Positions 28,066-38,365 are shown, counted from the first letter of the stretch. The stretch: DNA of 64,000 nt from Fibrobacteria bacterium (GCA_050294405.1 JBNKOC010000012.1:352001-416000); one strand, 5' to 3'. Notes: a model not told the origin generated them from the letters alone. Numbers and translations are program-made.

Positions 28066-29393
28066 TGAAATATAAAAGTCAATCAATAGCATATTATTTT
28101 TTCGCGGCTTCCATGGCGCTATTTTGCCTGCAAATAGTATACGGGTTCATAATGGGTTTTGCCCATATGGGATTTGATGTGTTACACAATGTTATTCCAT
28201 TCAATACTGCCAGGGCTGTGCATACTAATTTATTAGTGGTTTGGTTGCTTACCGGGTTTATGGGGGCTGCCTATTACATTATTCCAGAAGAAAGTGATAA
28301 TGAGTTGTGGTCACCTAAACTGGCTTGGATTCAGTATTTTTCTCTTTTGCTGGTAGGAGTAGTGGCTGTTGCGGGTTATCATTTTAACTATTGGGAAGGA
28401 CGAAAATTTTTAGAAATTCCAAGAGAACTTGATTACCTTGTAGTAGTAAACGTATTAACTTTTTTGCTTAATATAGGTATGACCCTTTTTAAGGGTAAAC
28501 GCCACACCACCACGGCTCTTGTGTTATATATGGGTCTGTTGTTTGCCGCGTTGCTTTATTTACCTGGTATGATCACTTTTGACAACCAAACTTTGGATTC
28601 ATTTTACCGGTGGTGGGTGGTCCATTTATGGGTAGAAGGTGTATGGGAGTTAATTATGGGCGGAATTTTATGTTATCTCTTGATAAAACTGACAGGGGTG
28701 GATAGAGAAATTGTGGAAAAGTGGCTCTATGTTATTGTCGGTTTAACATTTCTGTCGGGAATTTTAGGTACAGGGCATCATTATTATTACATAGGAACTC
28801 CAAGATACTGGCTTTGGGTCGGGGGTGTTTTTTCTGCTCTTGAACCGCTCGCTTTTCTGGGAATGGCAATTTATGCGGTGGTGTTATCGAAAAACGGAGA
28901 AAGAAAACACGAAAATCGAATTGCTCTAACCTGGTCAGTAGGCTGTGCCATAATGTCTTTTGTAGGGGCGGGCTTTTTAGGGTTTGCCCATACATTGCCT
29001 CAGGTAAATATGTATACTCACGGCACATTGGTTACTGCAATGCATGGGCATCTGGCCTTTTGGGGAGCATATGCCATGATAGTTTTTGCAATTATTTCCT
29101 ATGCTATGCCGATTATGACGGGCAGAAAATTATTTAACAATCATATTTCAACCTTGGCGTTCTGGACCAGTAATATTGGGATAGTTGCCATGACCTGCGC
29201 ATTGGCAGTAGCTGGTGTAAGCCAAGTGGTTTTGGAAAGAAGATTGGGGTTGGATTTTCTTGCAGTCCAAAAAGAAATTGAGATGCACTTTCTTGGAATG
29301 GTGCTGGCCGCCTGCCTATTCACAATAGGTATTGGAGCATTTGTAATAAACTTCATAAAATACGGACTACCTAAAATGTCCGAGGTTCAATAG
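28065..29393 (+). CDS. norB: Nitric oxide reductase large subunit (cNOR)
   Basis: HTNLL, GRKFLE, WWVVHLWVEGVWEL, GTGHH, SALEP, HGH.AF.GAY. Confidence 0.95.
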   Translation: MKYKSQSIAYYFFAASMALFCLQIVYGFIMGFAHMGFDVLHNVIPFNTARAVHTNLLVVWLLTGFMGAAYYIIPEESDNELWSPKLAWIQYFSLLLVGVVAVAGYHFNYWEGRKFLEIPRELDYLVVVNVLTFLLNIGMTLFKGKRHTTTALVLYMGLLFAALLYLPGMITFDNQTLDSFYRWWVVHLWVEGVWELIMGGILCYLLIKLTGVDREIVEKWLYVIVGLTFLSGILGTGHHYYYIGTPRYWLWVGGVFSALEPLAFLGMAIYAVVLSKNGERKHENRIALTWSVGCAIMSFVGAGFLGFAHTLPQVNMYTHGTLVTAMHGHLAFWGAYAMIVFAIISYAMPIMTGRKLFNNHISTLAFWTSNIGIVAMTCALAVAGVSQVVLERRLGLDFLAVQKEIEMHFLGMVLAACLFTIGIGAFVINFIKYGLPKMSEVQ

Positions 29394-29440
29394 AGGCTGT
29401 CTGAGTTTGATTTTGAACATGTTGAAATTAGGATGGTTTA

Positions 29441-30253
29441 ATGATAAATGGAAATAAATACAAAATGTTTGAAAAGGCGAAATCAAATGTTTATTACCAG
29501 GAAATAAAAAACGAATGTTTCTTGTTTCAACATGCCTTCGAATCCAAACTGCCCTTGATGATTAAGGGGCCCACAGGCTGCGGTAAAACCAGGTTTGTGG
29601 AATATATGGCGAATGAATTGAACCGGCCCCTAATTACAGTTTCCTGCAATGAAGATACCACGGTATCGGATTTATTAGGAAGGCACTTGTTTATAGGGGG
29701 AGAGACTAAATGGGCAGACGGTCCGGTAACCAGAGCCGTTCGCCAGGGAGCTATTTTGTATTTGGACGAATTTGTGGAGGCCAGAAGCGACACACTGGTT
29801 GCCATCCATTCATTAAGTGACCATCGCAGAACAATGTATTTGGATAGAACTTCCGAGACGATTAAGGCGCCGGATACATTTATGCTTATCGTGTCATTTA
29901 ATCCCGGTTACCAAAGGACACTAAAGGAGCTAAAGCCCTCAACCAGGCAACGCTTTGTGTCCTTGTCCTTTGACTATCCGGACGATAATGTGGAAGCCGA
30001 AATAATTAGCCATGAAAGTCAGGTAGAAATGGCTATTTCAAAAAAATTGGTTAAAATTGCAAAAAAAATCAGAGGCTTAAAGGAAATGAACTTACTGGAG
30101 GTTCCCTCTACCAGGTTGCTGATTGCTGCGGGAACCCTAATTTCCAGGGGGGTTCAGCCAAGGGAAGCGTGCCAGGCATCCATTTCTGAAATTCTTACAG
30201 ATGATGCGGATGTAATGAACGCCTTAAACCATTTAATCAGTTTAAACTTTTAG
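29441..30253 (+). CDS. norQ: MoxR-type AAA+ ATPase NorQ
   Basis: GPTGCGKTRFVEYMA, YLDE, NPGYQ, LKPSTRQRF, STRLL. Confidence 0.92.
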   Translation: MINGNKYKMFEKAKSNVYYQEIKNECFLFQHAFESKLPLMIKGPTGCGKTRFVEYMANELNRPLITVSCNEDTTVSDLLGRHLFIGGETKWADGPVTRAVRQGAILYLDEFVEARSDTLVAIHSLSDHRRTMYLDRTSETIKAPDTFMLIVSFNPGYQRTLKELKPSTRQRFVSLSFDYPDDNVEAEIISHESQVEMAISKKLVKIAKKIRGLKEMNLLEVPSTRLLIAAGTLISRGVQPREACQASISEILTDDADVMNALNHLISLNF

Positions 30254-30261
30254 GAAGAAAG

Positions 30262-31989
30262 ATGATAGATTGGGAAGAGGGGTTGTATGTAGGGGCCCGT
30301 TCTTTCTATAAATCAATCTCAACTAAAATATTCAAGGACCCGAACGCTAATTCTAAAATTCTGTTGCAACCTTTAATTGGTAGCTTGCATATTTTTTCAA
30401 GATTAATATATCCTGAAAATTTTCAAATTTTTGAAACATCAGATCCTTATCTATTAAAAGATAAAAAAATCTGCCTCCCTCCTTCTGTAAGTGTATTTGG
30501 AAATTCAGATCTAAATACGAAAGCTTTGTTTTTTAATACAGCTTTGGCCGCGTGGTGTTACCAAGCTTTCAATGCGCCATTTGATTTAATAATTGAAGAC
30601 GCAATTATTAACAAATTTTTAATTGCCCATCCGGAATTCCGGGATTGGTGGAATGAGTTTCAAACAATTCCGGTTGAAGGGAATCCTAAAACAGCTGAAA
30701 AAATGAATGGCTTTTTTAAGGGCAGATTACAAAGAATGACTGAAGGGATTAATCCAAACTCTGATGACAATACCCAAGATTTAGAAGAATCGGAAGAAAG
30801 AGCTTGGACAGAAGAAATCAAAGGCAAAGGGCGTTTGGACGTTGAAAGATTAGAAGAGCAGAAGGACCCAAAGAGCGAAATGCCTTTCCATTCCTTTGAA
30901 AAAGTAGAGACCATAGATGAGTATGAAGGTGTTCCCAGAATGTCAGAAAATGAGTCAGATTTGCATGATAAGGAAGATGCTTTAGAGGAGTTAAACCTAA
31001 GGCATGTAATTCGCTCAAAAGAAAAAACCACTTCATTATACTCCGCTGAAATTTCTTTAAATTCAGGAGCGATGCAAATTGGAGGAAAGCCAAATGGCGG
31101 CATTCCCTATCCTGAATGGAATTACAAAAAATCCAGGTACTACAAAAACTGGTGTTATGTTAAAGAAAAAGAACCTTTAATTAGCTCAGAAGGCCTAGAA
31201 TGGGGCAAAAGCTGCCATGAAAAGTATGGACAACTGGTCGCCCACTCTAAAAGGCGCTTAGCAGCGCTTCAGGCTAATTTTCAAAAGAAAAAATCACAGC
31301 CTGACGGAGAAGAGTTTGATTTGGAATCTTTAGTGGATGCCCAGATTGAAATATTGCGAGGGAACTCTCCCGATGAAAAAGTATATGAAGACAGGAAGAA
31401 AACCCCCTTAAACGCATACATCCATTTTTTAATAGATACTTCATATTCAACCGAGGGGTTTTTTGGAGGAAAGCAAATTCTCGAACAGCTTAAAATGGCA
31501 GCCTATGTGCTGGGAAGTTCAATTGAAGAGTTTGTGGACTTATTCCAAATATCCGCATTTTCATCAGATACCAGGAAGAATTGCAATTTTATTCCTATAA
31601 AAAAAGTGGAAGAGCGGTTTGAAAGCTGCCTTGATACATTGGGCTCCATTGAACCTTTTGGATATACACGAATTGGCCCCGCCTTAAGGCATGCTAGTGC
31701 CCAAATGTCCAGAATTTCTTGCCAGCATAAAGCTGTGATTTTGTTATCTGATGGAAAGCCCAATGATTATGATACCTATGAAGGGATGTATGGGATTAAA
31801 GATATTCGAAAAGCCATTGCTGAAGCGGAAAAAGAGGGCGTTTTTACATATGCCATCGCTTACGATGAGAAAAGCGCCCAATATTTGCCGCAAATGTTCC
31901 GCAGAGGGATGTTTGGAAGGGTTAAGTCTTCTTTATCCCTTATTCAGACTGCTGCGCAAATAGCTTTTAAAATAAAATATGGAACTTGA
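30262..31989 (+). CDS. norD: vWA-domain nitric oxide reductase activation protein NorD
   Basis: YPEWNY, D.S.ST MIDAS motif, YTRIGPALRHA, SDGKPNDYD.YEG.YG..D. Confidence 0.9.
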   Translation: MIDWEEGLYVGARSFYKSISTKIFKDPNANSKILLQPLIGSLHIFSRLIYPENFQIFETSDPYLLKDKKICLPPSVSVFGNSDLNTKALFFNTALAAWCYQAFNAPFDLIIEDAIINKFLIAHPEFRDWWNEFQTIPVEGNPKTAEKMNGFFKGRLQRMTEGINPNSDDNTQDLEESEERAWTEEIKGKGRLDVERLEEQKDPKSEMPFHSFEKVETIDEYEGVPRMSENESDLHDKEDALEELNLRHVIRSKEKTTSLYSAEISLNSGAMQIGGKPNGGIPYPEWNYKKSRYYKNWCYVKEKEPLISSEGLEWGKSCHEKYGQLVAHSKRRLAALQANFQKKKSQPDGEEFDLESLVDAQIEILRGNSPDEKVYEDRKKTPLNAYIHFLIDTSYSTEGFFGGKQILEQLKMAAYVLGSSIEEFVDLFQISAFSSDTRKNCNFIPIKKVEERFESCLDTLGSIEPFGYTRIGPALRHASAQMSRISCQHKAVILLSDGKPNDYDTYEGMYGIKDIRKAIAEAEKEGVFTYAIAYDEKSAQYLPQMFRRGMFGRVKSSLSLIQTAAQIAFKIKYGT

Positions 31990-32022
31990 ATCTTAATATC
32001 ATGTTTATAAACGGAGGCCACA

Positions 32023-33126
32023 ATGGAAAAAACAAAAAATATGTTCATATTATGTATTGTGTTAGTATTATGTTCTTGGCAAGCGGGTCTTGCAAAGGAT
32101 TATAAACCGATGTCCGAAGCTCAAATTGCAAAACTTAAAAGGGTAAAACAAAAATTAGTGGACCCGCCAGATTTCCCGAAACACGAACAAACTGCCAGCG
32201 AGTTTAAAATTGTGGAAGTGGACTTGCCTATAATTGAAAAAGAAATTGTAATAGACGATCAGGGCACGAAGATATGGGCTTTTACCTATAACGGAACCGT
32301 GCCCGGCCCAATGATAGTGGTACATGAAGGCGATTATTTAGAGTTCAATTTGAAAAACGTTAAAACCAATCTATTGGAACACAATATAGATTTTCATGCA
32401 TCCACAGGAGCATTAGGAGCCGGAGGTTTAACCCATGTCGCTCCTGGGGAGGAAGTGAAAGTGCGGTTTAGAGCCACAAAATCAGGTACTTTTGTGTATC
32501 ATTGCGCTCCGGGAGGATTCATGATTCCCTGGCATGTTGTTCACGGCATGAATGGAGCTATTACTGTTCTGCCAAGAAATGGCCTTTCAGACGGTGAAGG
32601 AAACCGTATTAAATATGATAGGGCTTATTATATAGGCGAGCAAGATTTCTATATCAAAAAGGGTGAAGATGGAAAGTATAAAAGCTATGAAAACGCCATT
32701 CAATCTTCTAACGACGATTTAGAAGTAATGGCAACCTTAACTCCATCCCATATTGTATTTAATGGAAAAGTCGGCTCCATGACAGGAGACAATGCCATGA
32801 AAGCAAAAGTAGGCGAGACAGTTTTGTTTGTTCATAGCCAGGCAAACTATGATACCAGACCACATTTAATTGGTGGCCATGGAGATTATGTATGGGAAAG
32901 GGGCTCTTTTAATGATAAACCCGAAACGGGATTGGAGACCTGGTTTATCGCAGGTGGAAGTGCGGGAGCTGCCATTTATAACTTTAAGCAGCCTGGAGTA
33001 TACGCTTATGTGAACCATAACTTGATTCAGGCAGTGGTTAAAGGAGCTACAGCTCATGTTAAAGTCGATGGCAAATGGAATGATGATTTGATGAAACAAA
33101 TTTCCAAGCCTAAAAAATTGAAATAA
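32023..33126 (+). CDS. nirK: Copper-containing nitrite reductase
   Basis: [35 protein letters not shown] copper-ligand and catalytic motifs; signal peptide. Confidence 0.95.
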   Translation: MEKTKNMFILCIVLVLCSWQAGLAKDYKPMSEAQIAKLKRVKQKLVDPPDFPKHEQTASEFKIVEVDLPIIEKEIVIDDQGTKIWAFTYNGTVPGPMIVVHEGDYLEFNLKNVKTNLLEHNIDFHASTGALGAGGLTHVAPGEEVKVRFRATKSGTFVYHCAPGGFMIPWHVVHGMNGAITVLPRNGLSDGEGNRIKYDRAYYIGEQDFYIKKGEDGKYKSYENAIQSSNDDLEVMATLTPSHIVFNGKVGSMTGDNAMKAKVGETVLFVHSQANYDTRPHLIGGHGDYVWERGSFNDKPETGLETWFIAGGSAGAAIYNFKQPGVYAYVNHNLIQAVVKGATAHVKVDGKWNDDLMKQISKPKKLK

Positions 33127-33145
33127 AAATTTACACTACGATACC

Positions 33146-33895
33146 ATGTTACCTTTTATCTGGATTCTTATGTCAATCTGCATTATGTTTGTTGAAGCCC
33201 AATTATCCATTGAGATGGTAAAAATACCAAAAGGTAGCATGGTATACTCTGTTCCGTTAACAAGTTTTATTGAACCGCAATTTTTAAATGTGCCTGTTTC
33301 GATAAAAGAGGATTTTTTAATTGGGAAACATGAAATTACTTATAAACAGTGGAACGAATGTGTTAAGGATAGTAGTTGCCGATCCAGGCCTTTTCCCGGA
33401 AAAGATTCAACCTTGGATTACCCGGTGGTAAAAGTAACTTGGCACGACGCTTATATGTTTTCTAAATGGCTTACAAAAAAAACGGGGAAAAAATACCGAT
33501 TGCCCACTGAGCATGAATGGTTCTATGCCTCCTCTATGGGAAAAAACAGACAAGAAAAATCATATGAGTATGATTATTCTGATCTGGAAGAAATACGGCG
33601 AGTGCCAAAAATCATAAAAAAAGCAGGCTATTTTGGGGAAAACGAATGGGGCTTGTCAGATGTTACAGGCAACGTATGGGAATGGACGCTTGCCTGTTAT
33701 GCCTTGGCTGAGGAAAGCCTGTTGGCTTTTCAAAATCCCGATTCGTTAAACGATGCGAACTTATGTTCTACAAGAATTACAGGAGGGGAACATAGGGCTC
33801 ATGTACCTGATTTTATTGAGGATACTTATAATGGTGGTTGCTCCACTTTAAAACCCGCATCAAACCTTGGATTTAGATTAGTACTTGAGGAATAA
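33146..33895 (+). CDS. FGE-sulfatase (SUMF1) domain protein, NirV-like
   Basis: HEIT, PVVKVTWHDA, YRLPTE.EW, GNVWEW, GFRL; immediately after nirK, the position of nirV in alphaproteobacteria. Confidence 0.8.
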   Translation: MLPFIWILMSICIMFVEAQLSIEMVKIPKGSMVYSVPLTSFIEPQFLNVPVSIKEDFLIGKHEITYKQWNECVKDSSCRSRPFPGKDSTLDYPVVKVTWHDAYMFSKWLTKKTGKKYRLPTEHEWFYASSMGKNRQEKSYEYDYSDLEEIRRVPKIIKKAGYFGENEWGLSDVTGNVWEWTLACYALAEESLLAFQNPDSLNDANLCSTRITGGEHRAHVPDFIEDTYNGGCSTLKPASNLGFRLVLEE

Positions 33896-33899
33896 CAGA

Positions 33900-34508
33900 A
33901 TGGATTTTCGACAAATTAATATGGCTTTGATAATTATTTTAGGTAGCGCGCTCCTTGCATTTTCTAATTGCCATCCTGGTCATGAGGATGCCATACATTC
34001 CAAAGAAAATAAAGGGATAAACCCCTACCATATTACCGCTAAATACGAATTAATGGATGTTAAATCAGGAGAAATGGTTTCCCAGGATAATTTTAAGGGA
34101 AAGCTACAAGTTATTTTTTTTGGCTTTACATATTGCCAAACAATTTGCCCAGTCGGGCTGCAAAACCTAAAAGCTGTTTTAAATGAGCTTGGAGACAAGG
34201 CGGATGATATAAGTCCCATATTTATCAGTTTTGATTTACAAAGAGATTCTGCCTCTGTGGTTCAAAATTTTATTGGAAATTTTGATTCGAGAATTGTAGG
34301 ACTTATTGGAAATGAAAAACAAATGAGTCAAACGCTGAAATCCTTTAGAATTGAATACCATAAAATTGGCGATTCGAAAAATCCGGCATTTCAAATGGAT
34401 CACCCCGCTGTTTTTATGATTGTTGGAAAAAAAGGGGAGTTTTTGGGCTCATTGCCCAGCTCAGGGGATCCTAAAACCTTAGCGAAAAATATCCAAGACT
34501 GGTTGTAA
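33900..34508 (+). CDS. SCO1/SenC copper chaperone
   Basis: FFGFTYCQTICP (CxxxC), RD motif, MDH. Confidence 0.9.
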   Translation: MDFRQINMALIIILGSALLAFSNCHPGHEDAIHSKENKGINPYHITAKYELMDVKSGEMVSQDNFKGKLQVIFFGFTYCQTICPVGLQNLKAVLNELGDKADDISPIFISFDLQRDSASVVQNFIGNFDSRIVGLIGNEKQMSQTLKSFRIEYHKIGDSKNPAFQMDHPAVFMIVGKKGEFLGSLPSSGDPKTLAKNIQDWL

Positions 34509-34616
34509 TGCGCTTTTTTTTGGTGAATTTAATGTAAAAATTGAGAGAGAAAAATTTATTTCAAATTGCGGTTAGATATTGTGCTATTTTAATCTGAAAT
34601 AATTTATTATCTCTCT

Positions 34617-36167
34617 ATGAATTCAAAAAACGGAATTACAGGCTTGGATATAGCCTCAATTAATGATGCCATTGTAAATACAGTCATTGATGGCCTTTTT
34701 ACCATTGATGAAAAAGGCATTATCATTCATACCAATAAGACCGCAGGCTCTATGTTTGGGTACGAGTTGAGCGAATTGATTGGGCAAAATATTTCCCTTA
34801 TTATGCCCCAGCCCTATAGAGGGGAGCACGATGGTTATTTAGAACATTATTTGAGCACTGGGATTAAAAAAATAATTGGGATAGGCCGTGAAGTATTAGG
34901 GCAGAAAAAAAGTGGTGAAATTTTCCCTATTTCCATTCGTGTTGCGGAAATCAACGATGGAGATTTGCGCTGTTTTACGGGCATTGTTAGGGACCTCACC
35001 ACCGAAAAAAAATTGCAGGAGCAGCTAAGGCAATCACAGAAGCTAGAGGCCACAGGGCGCCTGGCTGGCGGAGTGGCCCACGATTACAACAACATCCTGG
35101 CAACTATAATGCTAAACTCTGATTTCCTTCAGGAAGAGCTTGAAGGCAATACGCAAGCCTTGGAAGATTTAAAGCAGATTGAAGCTGCGGTAGAGCGGGG
35201 CATGAATCTCACTAAGCAGCTTTTAGCTTTTAGCAAGTCTCAGGTATTAAACATGGAAGTATTAAATCTGGATGAAATTGTTCTGGATTTAATGAAGATG
35301 TTAAAACGGTTAATAGGCGAGGATATTAAGTTGGATATATCTGCCAACTCTTCTTCCGAATCTGTTTATGCGGACCGAATTCAAATGGAGCAGATTTTAA
35401 TGAATCTGGTAATAAATTCCCGCGATGCCATGCCCGGTGGGGGACAGATGATCATCAGTACCAACTTAATAGATATTGATGTTAAGGAGATTATTCCTAA
35501 CATTGATCTTCGACCAGGAAAGTTTGTGGTTCTCAATGTGGAAGATAATGGCCATGGCATGGATGCGGAGACATTGACCAGAATTTTCGAGCCCTTTTTT
35601 ACCACAAAAGATGAACATAAAGGCACAGGACTTGGCCTGTCTACTGTTTACGGAATCGTTCATCAATTGGGCGGGAGCGTCAAAGCTTACAGTGAGCTGG
35701 ATAAGGGTACCTCAATTAAAATTTATTTACCTGTTTATTCTGAGGGAAAACCCGAAAAATCCGCTTCAGCGAATTCAGATAAAAGCTTCAAAGCCAAGGG
35801 AAATATTTTGCTCATTGAAGATGAAGAGGATGTTAGAAGGTCCGTAGCCAAAGTCCTAAGCCGTTTTGGTTACAATGTATTGGCCGCAAAAAATGGCGAA
35901 GAAGCAGTAAAAATATCTCTGGAATATAAAGACAATATCAGGGTGATGTTATCAGATGTAATATTGCCGGATAAAAGCGGTCCGAAAATATACGATGAAG
36001 TAAAGATGTATCAGGCTGAAATAAAGGCCATTTTTATGAGTGGTTATACCGATAAATTTATTACTGAATATGAAGAATACTTTACCGAAGACAATTTTAT
36101 CCAGAAGCCTTTTTCGGTAAACCAGCTTTCCGATAAGTTGCGAAGCTTTTTTGGGACAGAGATATAA
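34617..36167 (+). CDS. Cytoplasmic hybrid histidine kinase with FixL-like heme-PAS domain
   Basis: MPQPYRGEHDGYLEHYLSTG..IIGIGREV PAS; LAGGVAHDYNN H-box; FEPFFTTK..GTGLGL; C-terminal REC. Confidence 0.88.
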   Translation: MNSKNGITGLDIASINDAIVNTVIDGLFTIDEKGIIIHTNKTAGSMFGYELSELIGQNISLIMPQPYRGEHDGYLEHYLSTGIKKIIGIGREVLGQKKSGEIFPISIRVAEINDGDLRCFTGIVRDLTTEKKLQEQLRQSQKLEATGRLAGGVAHDYNNILATIMLNSDFLQEELEGNTQALEDLKQIEAAVERGMNLTKQLLAFSKSQVLNMEVLNLDEIVLDLMKMLKRLIGEDIKLDISANSSSESVYADRIQMEQILMNLVINSRDAMPGGGQMIISTNLIDIDVKEIIPNIDLRPGKFVVLNVEDNGHGMDAETLTRIFEPFFTTKDEHKGTGLGLSTVYGIVHQLGGSVKAYSELDKGTSIKIYLPVYSEGKPEKSASANSDKSFKAKGNILLIEDEEDVRRSVAKVLSRFGYNVLAAKNGEEAVKISLEYKDNIRVMLSDVILPDKSGPKIYDEVKMYQAEIKAIFMSGYTDKFITEYEEYFTEDNFIQKPFSVNQLSDKLRSFFGTEI

Positions 36168-36274
36168 GTTGCTAATGTGACCTAATTGCATGTGATTTGC
36201 CATTCTGACACGCGCACATATTCTAATCAAAAAAATTCCCCTTGTTTTTTAGGTCTCTAGCCTAAAAAGGAATT

Positions 36275-36289
36275 TGGCACTTGCTTTGC
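36275..36289 (+). promoter_or_regulatory. sigma54 promoter
   Basis: TGGCAC-TTGCT-TTGC, a perfect consensus; TGCCATTCTGACA at 36198-36210. Confidence 0.8.
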
Positions 36290-36330
36290 ATAATGTTAGG
36301 TAAAAAAGCCACAACTGGGAATCAATTATT

Positions 36331-36624
36331 TTGACTGAATTGCATGCTAAATTTCCACTTTCAGCCCAAGAACAGGTTTTATTGCGAAGGAACCTGGAAT
36401 TTTTGGATTTAATTAATGATGATATCCAGGATATTCAGCTGAATCTTGAAAATACCATTAATGATAAAATAAGGCTTCGGCTAAAAGTTGTATTGGCGGG
36501 ACTGGGTTCCTTATTATTTACCGAAGAAGGCAGCGGCCTTGAAGAAGCCATAAATGGTCTCTTTCAAAAGGTGCGGCACCAGCTAAACCAATTGATGGCT
36601 GGAAATGACGAGTATATCGCTTAA
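36331..36624 (+). CDS. Hypothetical helical protein
   Basis: 97-aa ORF (TTG start) directly behind a consensus sigma54 promoter; family not recognised. Confidence 0.55.
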   Translation: MTELHAKFPLSAQEQVLLRRNLEFLDLINDDIQDIQLNLENTINDKIRLRLKVVLAGLGSLLFTEEGSGLEEAINGLFQKVRHQLNQLMAGNDEYIA

Positions 36625-36632
36625 AAAAGCCC

Positions 36633-36661
36633 TTGACTAAATATAAGAATATTCTTATATT
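36633..36661 (+). promoter_or_regulatory. sigma70 promoter overlapped by a perfect 22-bp palindromic ArsR operator
   Basis: TTGACT (36633)-17 bp-TATATT (36656); AATATAAGAATATTCTTATATT at 36640-36661. Confidence 0.8.
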
Positions 36662-36668
36662 ATTATAA

Positions 36669-36968
36669 ATGAAGGGTAAAAAGCTAATGGAGTTAGTAAG
36701 CCATGCCAAGTCGGCTTCAGAAATGTTGAAGGGGTTGTCTCACGAAACCAGATTGCTGACTATTTGTTTTATCGGCCAAGGGGAAAAAAATGTGCAGGAG
36801 CTCGAAGAGTTTTTAGGCACTACCCAGGCTAATATCTCCCAGCATTTAGCTAAGCTAAGGGGCCTTGGAATTTTAGAAAACAGAAAAGAGGGTAATCAGG
36901 TTTTTTATCGAATTAAAAATCCAGAAACTTTAAAACTGGTAAAGGTTCTTCAAAGCATCTATTGTTAA
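36669..36968 (+). CDS. ArsR/SmtB repressor, BigR/SqrR-like persulfide sensor
   Basis: LK.LSH.TRL.TIC, SQHLAKLR, VFY; Cys pair in helix 2 (TICF) and at the C-terminus (IYC). Confidence 0.85.
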   Translation: MKGKKLMELVSHAKSASEMLKGLSHETRLLTICFIGQGEKNVQELEEFLGTTQANISQHLAKLRGLGILENRKEGNQVFYRIKNPETLKLVKVLQSIYC

Positions 36969-36992
36969 AAAAATTTAAAATTATAAATAAGT

Positions 36993-37012
36993 AAATAAGA
37001 ATATACTTATAT
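36993..37012. promoter_or_regulatory. Second ArsR operator copy, upstream of trxA
   Basis: AAATAAGAATATACTTATAT. Confidence 0.7.
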
Positions 37013-37024
37013 AAGGAGGAGAAA

Positions 37025-37369
37025 ATGAGTACAGAGATTAAAGGAAAAGTGGTTCATTTAACCGACAATAATTTTGCTGAATTTATTCAGAATCACAAAG
37101 GTTTGGTTTTGGTAGATTTTTGGGCTGAATGGTGCGGCCCATGCCGGATGCTTGGCCCTGTTTTAGAAGACATCGCTTCTGAAATGGTATCCGAAGTTAC
37201 AGTTGCGAAATTTAATGTGGATGAGAATCCATCGGTAGCTGGCCAAATGGGTATTAGAAGTATTCCTGCGGTAAAGTTTTTTAAGGGGGGGCAGGAAGTG
37301 TTTTCGCAGGTTGGTGCCTATCCCAAAGACTATTGGGTGGATGTTATTGAGAAAATAAACAGAGGATAA
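37025..37369 (+). CDS. trxA: Thioredoxin
   Basis: DFWAEWCGPC, IRSIP. Confidence 0.95.
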   Translation: MSTEIKGKVVHLTDNNFAEFIQNHKGLVLVDFWAEWCGPCRMLGPVLEDIASEMVSEVTVAKFNVDENPSVAGQMGIRSIPAVKFFKGGQEVFSQVGAYPKDYWVDVIEKINRG

Positions 37370-37371
37370 CC

Positions 37372-37542
37372 ATGCCGATAACCGTTTGGAAAGGAATTGC
37401 GGGTGCTTTAGTTGGCGGATTGCTGGGCTATGGCTATTACCGCTACATTGGTTGCAGCACCGGGGCTTGTCCCCTTACCAGCAATCCATTTATTTCAACA
37501 ATATATGGCGCCTTTATTGGCGCCGCTTTAGCGGCCAGCTAA
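37372..37542 (+). CDS. Small membrane protein with GCxxGxCP motif (DUF6132-like), not in the ORF track
   Basis: 56 aa MPITVWKGIAGALVGGLLGYGYYRYIGCSTGACPLTSNPFISTIYGAFIGAALAAS; AGAGGA RBS; fills the operon gap. Confidence 0.8.
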   Translation: MPITVWKGIAGALVGGLLGYGYYRYIGCSTGACPLTSNPFISTIYGAFIGAALAAS

Positions 37543-37568
37543 GTGACATTTATGTATAGGAGGTTGAT

Positions 37569-37967
37569 TTGAGTTACTATTTTTCACTGGAAACAGACAA
37601 AAACTGGGATGCCGTTGAAGCGGCGCTGACCGTTGCCTTGAAGGAACAGGGTTTTGGAATTCTAACCACCATTGATGTGATGGAAACCTTGAAGAAAAAA
37701 ATCGGGGCGCAAATTCTACCCTATAAAATCTTTGGTGCCTGCAATCCAGGATTTGCTCATAAGGCAATTACCCAGGAGCCCGATATTGGTTTGATGTTGC
37801 CTTGCAATATAGTTGTGAGGGAATTGGAAAATGGGAATAAAAAAATAAGCGTTATTGACCCTCCGGCATCTATGATGGCTGTTCAAAATGAAGGCCTTGG
37901 CGGCTTGGCAGAAGAAGTGCAGGAAAGATTAAAAAAAGTTTTAACAAAATTAAAAGGGGAATTGTAA
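37569..37967 (+). CDS. DUF302 domain protein
   Basis: GFGILTTIDV, YKIFGACNP, IGLMLPCN. Confidence 0.9.
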   Translation: MSYYFSLETDKNWDAVEAALTVALKEQGFGILTTIDVMETLKKKIGAQILPYKIFGACNPGFAHKAITQEPDIGLMLPCNIVVRELENGNKKISVIDPPASMMAVQNEGLGGLAEEVQERLKKVLTKLKGEL

Positions 37968-37972
37968 GCCTT

Positions 37973-38362
37973 ATGAAAGTAGCGAGCATTTTACTGGGTG
38001 TTTTTTTCTTATTTGCCTGCCAGGCTGAAACGAACAGTGCTGTTGAAAATGTTAATGCTGGCAAATTTTACGAGGCGCTTCAGAAAAAAGACAATAACAT
38101 TTTACTTGTAGATGTGAGAACATCAGCGGAATATGCATCCGGCCATATCGAAGGGTCTATTCTAAAAGATGTTAGCTCCCCTGGATTTGAAAAGTCTTTT
38201 GCAGATATTCCCAAAGAGAAAGCTATTTATGTATACTGCCGTAGCGGAGCGAGAAGCGGTCGGGCGGCGGGAATTTTAGCCAAACAAGGGTTTCAAAAAA
38301 TTGTGAATATGGAAGATGGCATCATTTCCTGGCAGCAAAACTCTTTTCCGGTGGTAAGATAA
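37973..38362 (+). CDS. Rhodanese-like sulfurtransferase (lipoprotein)
   Basis: Lipobox LFA|C; DVRT..EY..GHI; active-site YCRSGARS. Confidence 0.9.
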   Translation: MKVASILLGVFFLFACQAETNSAVENVNAGKFYEALQKKDNNILLVDVRTSAEYASGHIEGSILKDVSSPGFEKSFADIPKEKAIYVYCRSGARSGRAAGILAKQGFQKIVNMEDGIISWQQNSFPVVR

Positions 38363-38365
38363 AAA

